From the IMG/VR virus record IMGVR_UViG_3300028840_006907, positions 405,618 to 469,617 of that record: a stretch of 64,000 nucleotides of DNA; one strand, written 5' to 3'. Below the pieces are notes generated by a model, which saw only the letters and a list, made by a program, of their open reading frames with translations, did not search any database and had not been told where the DNA came from. Shown in pieces: positions 11,801 to 21,928 of the stretch. Position 1 is the stretch's first letter, and each line of letters starts with the position of its first letter. This DNA comes from a virus. Made by a program: the position numbers and the translations under genes.

Positions 11801-12185
11801 CTTTCCAGGTTATTGTCAGGATGGTGTAGGTATTACGCTAGGACTCAATTTTGATGAATTCTTTACGTTTCTTGATGATGATAGTGATGGTATTAAGATA
11901 GTGTTTTTCAATAAGGATACTTTAAATGTTGAGGAGCATATCTTTTCAGGACCAGTTTTTGAGTATTACAATATAGCTGATGACGAATTAGGTTCACCTG
12001 ATAACTTTCCAAATGCTTTAGTAAGATTAGTAAATCCGATACACTTAACTAATCCTCTGAGTTATTCTGGTGATTATAGCTTTCTGAATGATAAAGTTGT
12101 GAGATTTAGGAAGAAAACATTTAAAGAGCTTCTTCCTAGTAAGACATTTCGAACTATAGAGTTGATGGAAATGATGCCTCTATAA
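8871..12185 (+). CDS. large hypothetical protein, putative virion structural protein (1104 aa)
   Basis: Long ORF with no internal stops; no catalytic motif recognised. Confidence 0.55.
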   Translation: MTQIYLPDSEELGRRRFHDAKSDRRNLKNLAEQRLLEMRTLLPSNYPKDPYSSNLALFHRFNARELSRIRISNDDISRDSQYTTTRPEYLHQILGERLFLGNRIAPLGYNDQTYREFLIAIKNTYLRGSRVDDIEALASQFTGQEVIIKELYRELRNPDTSLDVTDTNYMVVEALIPGQLPAGYNITSLLNDLDFYINLVRPAHVLYDTRLIWTETIDVNKTTDIYFGDTGGGCVPLYIFDPFDETTLMALQVFVLPTSEGATGRIDSIHHWDYLFYLEDGTRVLTEPGTQGTQIFDVNGRQISFSSLEIGDHVKINYQIIPGNFQFWWYPVGLFPTWSSQFYRDYYRLPIFQEYVKKHMDSKGRFPLQIRTTETTVCDRWVTDALQPYYEDLRTNCSSGSVQSKDYSSTLNIRMGSGHFANPYGTNQTALPGNEFAFFMENTPLTDGSSNPATVSDVSVMLDGSSLPPQPVVYVDASSGKVQLSEDHEYWDNTALTFPIPGEEFQFDYSYLQDSTNYDTSSIYVYGVGSWQMPNAPLVEGDSTGILADTSDVTLSVDGTVISNAITDVNALLGHVTVNQLSSFWNSSELGRLPQVGDEFLFSFFYGKKYQYSCLFDELGRTFDTYIGPNSTYGIVFDGELNQNPETAPITPDATAVIGYRYRGYLLHHSSVLNSPDTLQLNTFQKPATRASIINQANTINHFNIFFSPEFLYDTTAYDYLDDSYLENGLDPILKLNVGTPPFQKTWSYHPGLVNSRKLQDIRTNHRLLLYSDLLLKEFQEGNEDIPLSSICDSERVEFRIRIDGDDIPPLEECPPWILFDSVQVDDVEVTVPGFYQGVPNVRVPGMNLRESFILRELESTGVGEYTYTFNTDSSATPEYYLPATFPYTYNGDTISFPALPVIDINGNPATISDIEVRVNGVLWTVLSLDPVTGFVQVSPYPAGPAIQVETKYYINNVVTMPMANWDWSRILDDDDVFPGYCQDGVGITLGLNFDEFFTFLDDDSDGIKIVFFNKDTLNVEEHIFSGPVFEYYNIADDELGSPDNFPNALVRLVNPIHLTNPLSYSGDYSFLNDKVVRFRKKTFKELLPSKTFRTIELMEMMPL

Positions 12186-12245
12186 TATCTGTAATAAACT
12201 ATTAATAATTTAAGTAAGAGAGAATAGTACTATAAGGAGCTACAA

Positions 12246-12830
12246 ATGTTTTATAAAGAAAATCTGCATAAAACCGGTGATACATTTTCAGGGGGTTTTA
12301 AGTTAAGATATCTGGAACAATCACCTTCATTAAAAGGCGAGTTCTGGATGATACTTAAAGATCGTTCTGGACAAATAGTTGGTAAAAGACACGGAAATAA
12401 TATTATTGTAAATTCCGCTTCAGTTTTAATAGCACGTTTATTAAAGGACAATAGTGAGCCTAGTGGTGGAATTACTTATTTGGCAGTAGGTACAGGTGGG
12501 GTTGGGTGGAATTTACAGAATCCTCCTCAGCCTACAACTACACAGACAACTCTTGAGAATGAAATAGCCAGAAAAGCTTTTACAACTGAGGATGTAACTT
12601 TTGTAGATCCAGAAACCGGGGATCCAACTATTGTTCCAACGAACGTTCTTGATTTCACCGCAACATTTGCAGAAACAGAAGGTGTAGGTCCTTTAGTGGA
12701 AATGGGTTTATTTGGTGGAGATGCAACAGATTTATTGGATAGTGGTACTGAAGTCAATTACAGAACTTTTCCTGTTCTAAATAAAACAAATTCAATGACT
12801 TTGACCATAATATTTAGGATAACAGCTTAA
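12246..12830 (+). CDS. hypothetical protein (194 aa)
   Basis: AAGGAG RBS 6 nt upstream of ATG. Confidence 0.55.
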   Translation: MFYKENLHKTGDTFSGGFKLRYLEQSPSLKGEFWMILKDRSGQIVGKRHGNNIIVNSASVLIARLLKDNSEPSGGITYLAVGTGGVGWNLQNPPQPTTTQTTLENEIARKAFTTEDVTFVDPETGDPTIVPTNVLDFTATFAETEGVGPLVEMGLFGGDATDLLDSGTEVNYRTFPVLNKTNSMTLTIIFRITA

Positions 12831-12888
12831 GTGTTCTTTGTAATATATGTTATAGCAAAGATTTAAGCAAGTAAAGGGATTTAATTCA

Positions 12889-13830
12889 ATGTTTGAGAAT
12901 CTTGGAGTATGTAAAGGACCTGGGACAATACTGGGTCAATTACAGATGGGTACAGAATCAATAAATATCTCTAAGATAGGCAGACATTTTTATGCGTTGT
13001 TGAATAACCGGGTTATAATGACAGCAAAATCAAAGCAGGTTTTACAAAATAGAGTTGTGCCAGTTCTTTCTCATATTGTAGAAAACATCTGTAAAACATC
13101 TCAATTGGATTCAGCTCGATGGAGGCCGGTAGATAAGAGATACACTCAATTAGTAATAGATACGATTGAAAATATAAAGAAAAATTTAAAACCGGTAGAG
13201 ATCTATGTATTGAAAGCAAAACCAGATGAGACCCAAGATAATAGATCGATTCTATCAGAAAATAAACAAGGTATAATAGAAAAATTAAATGATTATCGGT
13301 TAAATCTTAAAAAGTTTGAAGAGACGAAAAATAATTTACAAGAAGCTTCTGAGGTGCTTTTAAAGGTTAATCTTGACAGGAAATTATGGGGTAGAAAAAA
13401 TGTCATGGATATCATAAATGAGGCAAAGACTGGAATGGCTGAATTGTCTCAAGATTATGAAACTGTTGACAGTTGTTTGGAGCGATCTGATGAACAGGTT
13501 AATAAAGTACAAATTATAATAAGTAAAAAGATTGCTTCTAGAATTTTAAAAAGTACTCTTGGGAGTATCATTGAAAATTTTTCTATTTTAAAATCATTTT
13601 TATCAGAACTAGCACAAGTGTTATATAGGTTTTATGGTATTGATAACGTTTTTAAAAATCAAGTTGGTTATCCAGCTACATGGTTTTTAGATAGTGCGGT
13701 TTTTACAGACTTTCTTTTTGAATATGATAATTTAATCGATCAACTTATTAAATTCACTGAATTAGAATCAAATACGATAGAACCATTACTATTGTGGAAA
13801 ATAAAGATGACGGGAGTATCAAATGTCTGA
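12889..13830 (+). CDS. hypothetical protein, coiled-coil-rich (313 aa)
   Basis: Track ORF; stop overlaps the start of the next gene. Confidence 0.5.
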   Translation: MFENLGVCKGPGTILGQLQMGTESINISKIGRHFYALLNNRVIMTAKSKQVLQNRVVPVLSHIVENICKTSQLDSARWRPVDKRYTQLVIDTIENIKKNLKPVEIYVLKAKPDETQDNRSILSENKQGIIEKLNDYRLNLKKFEETKNNLQEASEVLLKVNLDRKLWGRKNVMDIINEAKTGMAELSQDYETVDSCLERSDEQVNKVQIIISKKIASRILKSTLGSIIENFSILKSFLSELAQVLYRFYGIDNVFKNQVGYPATWFLDSAVFTDFLFEYDNLIDQLIKFTELESNTIEPLLLWKIKMTGVSNV

Positions 13831-16800
13831 TTATTTAGGCCCAAACCAGACCAGAGTATTGGATTACGACAATAGAAGTTTTGAAAAAGTAGTTTACCAA
13901 AGGAAAAAACCTCCTCTATCAAGTGAAGTTAATCTTACAGGTGATATTTCATCTGAACATGCCAAAGATTTAGCTCAGTTTTTACTTCCTAGTGGATGGG
14001 GAATTGTTGGTGAATTAAGAGATGATGTCACTGAAAGTAGCGCTGATGCTGGAGATGTGATTTGTTCTTCTACTTATACAGCAAATTCATTCAAATTACT
14101 ATCTCTGGATAAAGGTGTAGAAGCACAGACATTAATAGCATATGTTAATGGCTGGAAGTTACTCGTTCAAGGATCAAATTCATTAGATGAGAATAATATA
14201 ATTACTCTTTCTGCTCCTCCTTCAACAGGTTATAGAGTAGATTTTGTATTTCTTGAAGTTTGGAGAAAACTTATTACTATATCTGATGTAGTGTATAAAT
14301 ATGGCAATATCCTTTATGGTGGTACGAATCCTTCTAATGATCTTGTTGATCCTGCAATTAATATTGAAACTTCTCTTAGAGTTCAAATACAGTATCGTAT
14401 TAGAATAGTTGATGATATTGATATCGAATCTTATCCCGATGGTTTTGACCCTAATAAAGTCTTTGTACAAGGACCTCTTTCTTCTCCATTAAGTACATGT
14501 AGCCAAGCTTATTTTTCCCAGGTTTCCGGTGATCCTGGCCTCTGGAGAGCAGGAGTAGGTGATGCAGGAGCACAAACAGATCTACAAACTGTTGATGGTC
14601 ATACATATGCTATTCCTATGTTTGCTATTCACCGTCGAAATACCGGTACTTATAATGTGGAAACCCGTTCTAATGGTGCTGGAAAAAGTTTAGCTGATTA
14701 TTTACTGGGTCAACCTTCGGATCGTCCCGATAACAGATATAACAATTGGGTAGTAACAGATGACATTTTGGATATGCGTCACAGAATTACTCCGGTCCAG
14801 AACATGAAAGAGATATGTGAGTCAGCTTTTGAAAAACTTACTCGTGGAAAAATCCGTCAAAAAATGGCAAAACTGACTTTAGGAGAAGATCATTTTGGAA
14901 AGATCCTTACTCAGGTTGATGCAGTAAGTAATGTGGATCTTGCAGGTTCGACTTTGATTGCCCAAGGTGATGGTTTAAGAAGAATGTTTTCTAATGCTCA
15001 GATATCTCAGTCAGATACGCTTGCTGTAAAGACAGTAAATGATAAAACGAGCGGTACTCCAGGTTCACCGTGGGCCACTTCAGATCAGGTACAAATCACA
15101 ATTCCTACATATCCAACTGGTTCTTCTATAACAAGTATCGATGAAATTTATACTTCAAGTGGTGCTCTTACTTTATCTGTGGATTATACTGTTTCTGGGA
15201 CTGGTACAAATACAGTAACGATAACTATACTTGTCACATCTTCATTGATAGGGACAAGTGTACCTATCACTATCGATTATACGGTTATGCTTGCAGAAGG
15301 CCCAAATGGAATGACAGCTCTCCCAGAGAATTTCCTGGAAGTAAGAAATGAAGGTGTAGGAACTCAAATAATTGCTCCTATTGATAATGATATCAGAGTA
15401 AGAAATGCTAATCCAGTAGTAGCAACTGATGGTACACATTTTCACATGTTGTCAAATCAGGGTGCCAATTCCACAGAACCTTATGATTTCGGGCATCAAA
15501 TGATTTATCATGCTTTAGGTAATGGTACTCAGTATATAACAGTTGATAGAACTGCATTTGGTTATGATATATTAGGTGTAGCAAGTGTCTATGTGAATAG
15601 TAATTATCGAACACCTCTTATTACCAGGACTTCCACTCAATATATTATCAATATGCAAAGTCCTGCAGTATCGTTAAATACTGATATTGAAGTGAAACTT
15701 TATATAGGATCCAAGTTTTTTAATACAAATAAACAATCCAGAGCTGTAATCGATACTTATGAAATGAGTGAGCTTTCTCCATTACAGTCACCGAATGGTA
15801 TTTTAACGACATTTAATATAGACAGTACAAATAAGGCTATTCAAGCAGTAGCTAGTGGTGCTGTTCTGGATGGGGCTGGTATCGCTTATGTTGATGGAAC
15901 TCAAGTAACTCTTACTAGTACTAACAGTAGATATCCTACCGATTCAACAAAATCTCGAATTGAAATAGAATTTAGCTCTGCTCCTGCAGGTAGTACTACA
16001 ATAGAAGTACCCTTATTGATGAAAAGTGCTATCACATCATCTGAAGGTTATGATTTCTTTTATCATGCTGTTCCATATCAAGGGTTGCTAGATACAACTG
16101 CTTTTGGTGTTATAGAAGAAACAGGACCGGCCATGGTGACTACTGCTGGTTCAGGTGGTATTACTGATACTACGTTTACGGATGGTGTAGCGATTTTTAC
16201 TGCAGATAGTACTTCTGTAACAGGTGTAAATACAAATTGGCTAGCCGGAGTGAATCCTGGTTACGTTATCAGTGCTGATTCTACTCCATCGAAACAGTTT
16301 GAAGTTTCACAGGTTTATAGTAACACGAGTCTAACTATCACAGGGAAACCAGATTTCACTTCTATCGGTGGTGAGTCCTACACTATTACAGGAAAAGATA
16401 TTCCTTCTTTTTCTCAATCTAATATTATCGATAGATTGCCAACATATGATAATACTCATGATAGTATGGGAAGAAGTGAAAATATTTCTAATGCGGTTTC
16501 AGATGGATACCCTGTTCTTGAGTCAAGGATAATGACCAAAGTACAGAATATTGTAGATGCTCCTCCAAATTCAGTGATATATGGTGTAAATACTGCTGAT
16601 CGTGGGAGATCTACTATTAGTATTCCGAATGCTTCTTTGGGTTACGGTAATCTCGGTTTAAGATTTGAGAAATTGGATGCTACAGGTCAATACCAGAAGA
16701 CTTATCAATCCTATATTTTAAATAAAGATAATGATGGTAGGCTTTATTTAATGGTTGTAGCTAGTGAAACAGACCAATCAAGTCATTCAAGGTTTTTTAA

Positions 16801-16876
16801 TGAACGTTCTAATTTGGATACAGTTGATATTTTTGAAATGCCTGGACGTCCTATAACTAAACGGGGTACTAATTAA
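13823..16876 (+). CDS. large putative structural protein (1017 aa), paralogue of 3827..7903 lacking the propeller
   Basis: Conserved blocks with the 3827 ORF: VVYQRKKPPL, FLEVWRKL, RVQIQYRIRIVD, YAIPMFAIHRRN, DILDMRHRI. Confidence 0.7.
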   Translation: MSDYLGPNQTRVLDYDNRSFEKVVYQRKKPPLSSEVNLTGDISSEHAKDLAQFLLPSGWGIVGELRDDVTESSADAGDVICSSTYTANSFKLLSLDKGVEAQTLIAYVNGWKLLVQGSNSLDENNIITLSAPPSTGYRVDFVFLEVWRKLITISDVVYKYGNILYGGTNPSNDLVDPAINIETSLRVQIQYRIRIVDDIDIESYPDGFDPNKVFVQGPLSSPLSTCSQAYFSQVSGDPGLWRAGVGDAGAQTDLQTVDGHTYAIPMFAIHRRNTGTYNVETRSNGAGKSLADYLLGQPSDRPDNRYNNWVVTDDILDMRHRITPVQNMKEICESAFEKLTRGKIRQKMAKLTLGEDHFGKILTQVDAVSNVDLAGSTLIAQGDGLRRMFSNAQISQSDTLAVKTVNDKTSGTPGSPWATSDQVQITIPTYPTGSSITSIDEIYTSSGALTLSVDYTVSGTGTNTVTITILVTSSLIGTSVPITIDYTVMLAEGPNGMTALPENFLEVRNEGVGTQIIAPIDNDIRVRNANPVVATDGTHFHMLSNQGANSTEPYDFGHQMIYHALGNGTQYITVDRTAFGYDILGVASVYVNSNYRTPLITRTSTQYIINMQSPAVSLNTDIEVKLYIGSKFFNTNKQSRAVIDTYEMSELSPLQSPNGILTTFNIDSTNKAIQAVASGAVLDGAGIAYVDGTQVTLTSTNSRYPTDSTKSRIEIEFSSAPAGSTTIEVPLLMKSAITSSEGYDFFYHAVPYQGLLDTTAFGVIEETGPAMVTTAGSGGITDTTFTDGVAIFTADSTSVTGVNTNWLAGVNPGYVISADSTPSKQFEVSQVYSNTSLTITGKPDFTSIGGESYTITGKDIPSFSQSNIIDRLPTYDNTHDSMGRSENISNAVSDGYPVLESRIMTKVQNIVDAPPNSVIYGVNTADRGRSTISIPNASLGYGNLGLRFEKLDATGQYQKTYQSYILNKDNDGRLYLMVVASETDQSSHSRFFNERSNLDTVDIFEMPGRPITKRGTN

Positions 16877-17847
16877 TGTTAACAAGTTTATCTGATTATA
16901 TGAGAATGATTATTTCCGCTACAGGTGATATTGATATCATTCGTGTTGTTTTCTTTTTTAAAGCTGATAGTATTGAAACTCTTCAAACTAAAAGAAAAGA
17001 ACCTCTTTCAGATGATAGTGGAAATTTCCAGTGGCAAGCTTGTTGGATCCATTTCTCTCGGGAAGATAAAAATGGGAATTTAAAATATTATATATACAGG
17101 CTAGGGCTTCTTCCTAATGGAAAGAAATCAGAAAGTCATAATATTTATGATTCTGATCAGAACATGAATGTGAGTGAAATTATTCAAGCTGAGAAAAAAG
17201 ATATAGAGCCAGCAAAAGATATTTTACCAGCAGACCTTGAAAAAAGCCCAGCTTATAAAGCCCTCTTTGGTAAACCTACAAGTGAAGGAATATTTAATTT
17301 TAGATTTAAAAAACCTGAAGCTGATTTTATAAATTCACAGGAGAATAAAAGTTATACTCGTAAAAAATTCGAAGAAGATTATGAAAATAATGTTGATGAA
17401 GGTTCTGGGAAATATTTTTATACTTTGTTCTCTGAAAGGGGTAATAAAAAATTAAGTCCTTTTGGAGAAACTCGTCAATTTAAAAAAGAGGAAAAACCTG
17501 TGGAAGAATCACCAGAAAAAACTGCTGTCAGATTGGCTATGAAGATTGCAAAAGAGATCAAGCCTGAAACCGGTGGTATGGATATAATGAAACGATTGGT
17601 TGAGAAGTTGCGTACTACAAAGAAAAAGAAGGATAAAAAAGATTATTATACCAATGGTTGGGGTATAATTAGAAAGTGGCAAAAAGAGCAACAACATCAA
17701 TCGACAAAAAATAAACCAAATAGTGATGGATTTGATATCATGCAAGAGGTTGTGAAGCATCCTGAACCTATCAGAAAAAAATCATTAATGGAACCTCTGG
17801 AAAAAGATCCCCCCAAAAAACCCGGTACAAAACGGAAATTTTCTTAA
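16876..17847 (+). CDS. lysine-rich basic hypothetical protein (323 aa)
   Basis: Start overlaps the previous stop (TAATG); K-rich low-complexity C-terminus (KKKKDKKDYY, PPKKPGTKRKFS). Confidence 0.5.
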   Translation: MLTSLSDYMRMIISATGDIDIIRVVFFFKADSIETLQTKRKEPLSDDSGNFQWQACWIHFSREDKNGNLKYYIYRLGLLPNGKKSESHNIYDSDQNMNVSEIIQAEKKDIEPAKDILPADLEKSPAYKALFGKPTSEGIFNFRFKKPEADFINSQENKSYTRKKFEEDYENNVDEGSGKYFYTLFSERGNKKLSPFGETRQFKKEEKPVEESPEKTAVRLAMKIAKEIKPETGGMDIMKRLVEKLRTTKKKKDKKDYYTNGWGIIRKWQKEQQHQSTKNKPNSDGFDIMQEVVKHPEPIRKKSLMEPLEKDPPKKPGTKRKFS

Positions 17848-17955
17848 AATTTTAAGTCTAATATTTCGAGTTACATAGTAAAAAAGTTTGGTTTTTCCAA
17901 ATTTTTTACTTTCCATTTCCCCTTTCAAGTCTCGTATAATAGATGAGGAGTTTAT

Positions 17956-19638
17956 ATGGCAAAAAAATTTATTGGAGTGCCATCGGTTTATCCAAAATTA
18001 CTAGAATTGAGAAAATCGAAGACGGCAAAGTTTAAGGAAAATAAATATTTAAAACGAGAAACTATTTTACGCTATTACCAGGTAATAGGATCTCTCCATC
18101 TTATGCTCTTAGAGCGTATGGTATTGGGAGATGCGACCGGACTTGGAAAAACTTTAATTTCAATTGCTGCCTATTCTTTCCTGTTACAAATGGACCCGAC
18201 ATTAAAATTATTAGTGGTATGTCCCAAATCGGCTACATTTCAGTGGCAAGAAGAGTTTGAGAAGTTTACCACCGGAATAACTACTAGGGTTATAGTTAAT
18301 AAGGTCAAAGGAATTAAGGAAGGTTACGAATCTCGGAAGCACCAGTATGAAAGATTTAAAGAGAATGTATTTATTATTAATTATGCTCCAGTATTAAATG
18401 AATATGATACCATTAAGGAAACTCTAACTCCAAATTATATGGTAACTTTTGATGAGTGTGTTGCCTTTAAAAACCGAAAATCCAAGACTTATTTCGCATG
18501 TAAAGAGATTGCAGAGGGTTCTAGTAGAGCATATGGGTTATCGGCCACTATCATAAAAAATGACCTAGAGGAAGTATGGGGCATTTATAGTGTTATAGTT
18601 CCCGGCCTCTTTGGTAACATCACAAATTTCAGAAAAAATTTCTGCAGAACTGAATTAATGAAGATAAAGATCAAAGGGAAAATGAGATACATCCCCAAAT
18701 TGATTGGATATAAAAACCTAGATAAATTCAAACAAACCCTTGATCCCTATTTTCTTATTAGACGTAAAGAGGAAGTGGCTACAGAGCTTCCAAAGCTGAT
18801 ATCTAAAAAAGTGGTCCTGGAGATGTTACCCGAGCAGAAAGAGCTTTATAAACAGGCTCTAGCGGGTATTCTATATGAAGAGAGAATCAAACAAGAATAC
18901 TTTGATATCTGTGATCAAATACGTAATGGTGCTACTGGTCCTAAGATTGAAAAACGATATAATGAACTAGAGGAAAAGTATAACCAATTTTTATCTTCTG
19001 AGGGTAAGAAACGTGGGAAGCTGGCTGCTCTGACTTATTGTCAGATGGTCAGTAATGGTCCGGGTCTTATAAATGAACCTGGGGAATCCAGCAAAGAAAT
19101 TGAATTTCTCCGTTTAATGAAAGAGGAATTGCTAGGTGAAAAAGTGATTCTATTTACTCGTTTTAAAAGTGGAATTCCAATTTTAGAATCTATCTGTGAA
19201 AAGAATGGTATAAAATATACAAAAATACATGGTGACATTACTAGTGACAGAGAAAGACAGAAAGCCCGTTTAACATTCCAGAACGATCCCGACTGTAATC
19301 TGATTTTTATAACAACTGCTGGCTCTGCAGCTTTAAATTTACAGGCTGCCAGTGTCATTATTTTCTATGACACTCCATGGTCATATGGTGATCTTGCTCA
19401 GACTATTGGAAGGGCACAGCGTATCGGTAGTATCCAGGATCATATTCTTCTTATTCATCTTGTAAATAAAAAATCTATTGATGTTAGAGTGATATCCAAG
19501 GTCTCAAGTAAAAAGAGTTTGAGTGATCAGATTATTGGTGATACTGCTGAAGGTGCTCTGGATTTTGCGGCTCATGAAAGTACTGTTATCAATGAATTAT
19601 ATGAGGATCTGTTAAAAGATGCGGAAGGAATAAAGTGA
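17956..19638 (+). CDS. SNF2/Rad54-family helicase (560 aa)
   Basis: Motif I GDATGLGKT, motif II FDEC, C-terminal helicase motifs TTAGSAALNLQAASVIIFYD and TIGRAQRIGS. Confidence 0.85.
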   Translation: MAKKFIGVPSVYPKLLELRKSKTAKFKENKYLKRETILRYYQVIGSLHLMLLERMVLGDATGLGKTLISIAAYSFLLQMDPTLKLLVVCPKSATFQWQEEFEKFTTGITTRVIVNKVKGIKEGYESRKHQYERFKENVFIINYAPVLNEYDTIKETLTPNYMVTFDECVAFKNRKSKTYFACKEIAEGSSRAYGLSATIIKNDLEEVWGIYSVIVPGLFGNITNFRKNFCRTELMKIKIKGKMRYIPKLIGYKNLDKFKQTLDPYFLIRRKEEVATELPKLISKKVVLEMLPEQKELYKQALAGILYEERIKQEYFDICDQIRNGATGPKIEKRYNELEEKYNQFLSSEGKKRGKLAALTYCQMVSNGPGLINEPGESSKEIEFLRLMKEELLGEKVILFTRFKSGIPILESICEKNGIKYTKIHGDITSDRERQKARLTFQNDPDCNLIFITTAGSAALNLQAASVIIFYDTPWSYGDLAQTIGRAQRIGSIQDHILLIHLVNKKSIDVRVISKVSSKKSLSDQIIGDTAEGALDFAAHESTVINELYEDLLKDAEGIK

Positions 19639-19639
19639 A

Positions 19640-20383
19640 ATGACTGATGTATGTCCGATATGTAATGGAGAAGGAAAAAGAATAAAAGTTTTAAGAAGTT
19701 TTCATACGGGATTAATGAAACCAGTGACCGAGTGGTGTTTATGTTCGAAATCTAAGTTTGTTTCAAATACATATGAATTATTAAGACCGTTAGGTGATAT
19801 CTATCTACCTCTTGAAAAGATAGATAAACGCATGTTCCTTGATTTGAAGGATTTATCAAAAAGTCCTAATTTATATATAACTAGTACTTCTATGGAAACT
19901 TTTTTACTCCATGTAAAGAGTGTTATTATTAAGTATCGATTTTTAAATAATCCTCCTTCTATTTATTTATGCCAATCAATTGAAATCCTTCAGAAATTTT
20001 TTGTCCAACAAGAGGATAAATCACAGACTCGGTTAACAGATATGAATAAATATGAGCTGGTTGTTTTTACTCTGGATACTAAACAGAAAAATGATCATTT
20101 GGGGACATGTATTTCACAGGTTGTTTATAACCGGTATCACAGTGACAAACCTACATGGGTTTATTTACCTGAATCCACAGTGCTCGAAAATATTCGGGAA
20201 TATACAGATGATTTAAAAAAGTTTTTAAGTCCTGTTATTACTGGTGATTCAGAATCTGAGATATCAGAAAAGATAAAAAGTAAGAGATATAAAAAAATCA
20301 GTATAGCGGATGTAGGAATGAAAATTAAAGAGATTAGATCAGAGGCACAAAATGCAGCATCAAAATTTAGTCCATTTAGTTAA
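19640..20383 (+). CDS. hypothetical protein with N-terminal CxxC (247 aa)
   Basis: Track ORF 2 nt after the helicase stop; CPICNGEG motif. Confidence 0.5.
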   Translation: MTDVCPICNGEGKRIKVLRSFHTGLMKPVTEWCLCSKSKFVSNTYELLRPLGDIYLPLEKIDKRMFLDLKDLSKSPNLYITSTSMETFLLHVKSVIIKYRFLNNPPSIYLCQSIEILQKFFVQQEDKSQTRLTDMNKYELVVFTLDTKQKNDHLGTCISQVVYNRYHSDKPTWVYLPESTVLENIREYTDDLKKFLSPVITGDSESEISEKIKSKRYKKISIADVGMKIKEIRSEAQNAASKFSPFS

Positions 20384-20416
20384 GATAAAAATTCATACAA
20401 ATCAGAGGATAAAAAA

Positions 20417-21928
20417 GTGAAAAAGGTATTTCGTTCAATAATAAATATAAGAAAAAACAAGATTCCAACAATTCCACTGGATGAACTATCTAAAAATTAT
20501 CGAGTATTTCTCACTAGTAAAATTCAACCGGAAGATCCCTCCTATATAAAACTGTATGAATGGATTGAGTCTCATTATCGGGAATTTAAGGAATTGCCTT
20601 CAATAGAACTTCTTTTTGAAAAGGCTAATAATGAGGGGGATGAAGTAATAGTATCTCATTTGAGTGATATTGTTTCTGAGATCCCATTTTGGGGTTCTGA
20701 TTATAGAGCTATTCTAAAAACGAAATTTACGGAACAATGTGAGGATGAATTTAAAACAATTGTTGAAAAGACGTGGCAGGTAGCAAAGAACGGTTTGAAA
20801 TTGAAGGGGAAAAAGAAAAAGGAAATAAAAGGTTTAAATGAAGCGGTTACTTATTTCAATAGTCAATCCAAAAAATTTTTGTTTAATGCCTTAGATATAA
20901 AAAATGAAGGTCAAATAAAAAGTAGAGAGGATAGTGCTGAAGTGATAGAGGATTATAATAGAGGAAAAAAAGACCCTCTTACAAATATAGGGCTATTTGT
21001 TGATTTGGAGAAAATTGATAATGTTTTTAGAGGCATAAAACTTGGTGACCTATTTATAATCGCAGCATTTGTAGGTCAGGGTAAATCCACTTTTGCTGTA
21101 AATCTGGCCTACAGTGGGATCATGCAAGGATTAAATGGAATGTTTGTTACATTGGAAATGCAGTATGATGAAATGAGAAATATGTTCTATGTATTACATT
21201 CCAGTTATCCTGGTTGGTATGCTTATCCGGAATATAAAAAATTTGTTGGAAAAATTACTTATGATAAAGTTCGTTATTCCGAATTGTCCCCAACTGAGGA
21301 AGAGTTCTTCAATGTTGTCTGTGAAGATTTTGGTTCAAATAGAGAGGATTTCGGAGAATTGTTTTTAGTTAAGCCTCCAGCAAATTGTACTCCTTCTTAT
21401 TTAGAAACAACTTTAGAAGAATATAATAATGAGTTAAAGGATCGTGGGAAAGTTCTGGATTTTCTTGTTGTGGATTATGTAGGGTTAATGGTTCAGGATA
21501 AAGACCAGAAATACGGGGATTGGAGAGTTGATCTTAATAATATGATAAGAAAGTTAAAAAACCTGACTATCAATTTTGATAATGGAAGAGGGTTAAGAGT
21601 TATTACTCCATATCAATTTAACCGTCAAGGTCATAGGGATGCTGTAAAAAATGACGGTATTTATAACCTCACAGCTTTATCTGATGCAAATGAAAGTGAA
21701 CGGTCCTCTGATGGGGTTATAGCTCTTTTCAATACCGAGGAAATGCGTAATAGTGGTATTGTAAAAATAAGTTGTCTAAAAAATCGGGACGGAGCGCATT
21801 TCGCTCCTTTTGAAGCCAATCTAGATTTTGCTACTAAGAAATTACGGGATTTCGATCAGACCGTTGAAAATTCGCAAGATGAAATGGGTATAGAAGATAT
21901 ATCTTCGGAGATTTCGTTAAATATATGA
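20417..21928 (+). CDS. DnaB-like replicative helicase (503 aa)
   Basis: RecA-like C-terminal domain: Walker A AAFVGQGKSTFAVNLA, Walker B LDFLVVDYVGLM. Confidence 0.8.
   Translation: MKKVFRSIINIRKNKIPTIPLDELSKNYRVFLTSKIQPEDPSYIKLYEWIESHYREFKELPSIELLFEKANNEGDEVIVSHLSDIVSEIPFWGSDYRAILKTKFTEQCEDEFKTIVEKTWQVAKNGLKLKGKKKKEIKGLNEAVTYFNSQSKKFLFNALDIKNEGQIKSREDSAEVIEDYNRGKKDPLTNIGLFVDLEKIDNVFRGIKLGDLFIIAAFVGQGKSTFAVNLAYSGIMQGLNGMFVTLEMQYDEMRNMFYVLHSSYPGWYAYPEYKKFVGKITYDKVRYSELSPTEEEFFNVVCEDFGSNREDFGELFLVKPPANCTPSYLETTLEEYNNELKDRGKVLDFLVVDYVGLMVQDKDQKYGDWRVDLNNMIRKLKNLTINFDNGRGLRVITPYQFNRQGHRDAVKNDGIYNLTALSDANESERSSDGVIALFNTEEMRNSGIVKISCLKNRDGAHFAPFEANLDFATKKLRDFDQTVENSQDEMGIEDISSEISLNI

Noticed and set aside
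17848-17955. Promoter-like TATAAT just upstream of the SNF2 helicase gene.
   Set aside because: A perfect -10 hexamer is present but no convincing -35 at proper spacing; such hexamers are frequent in AT-rich DNA.
21791-21811. Terminator-like hairpin ggagcg-cattt-cgctcc followed by TTTT near the 3' end of the DnaB-like gene.
   Set aside because: Lies inside the coding sequence (encodes DGAHFAPFEA) about 120 nt before the stop; possibly an attenuator but more likely coincidental.
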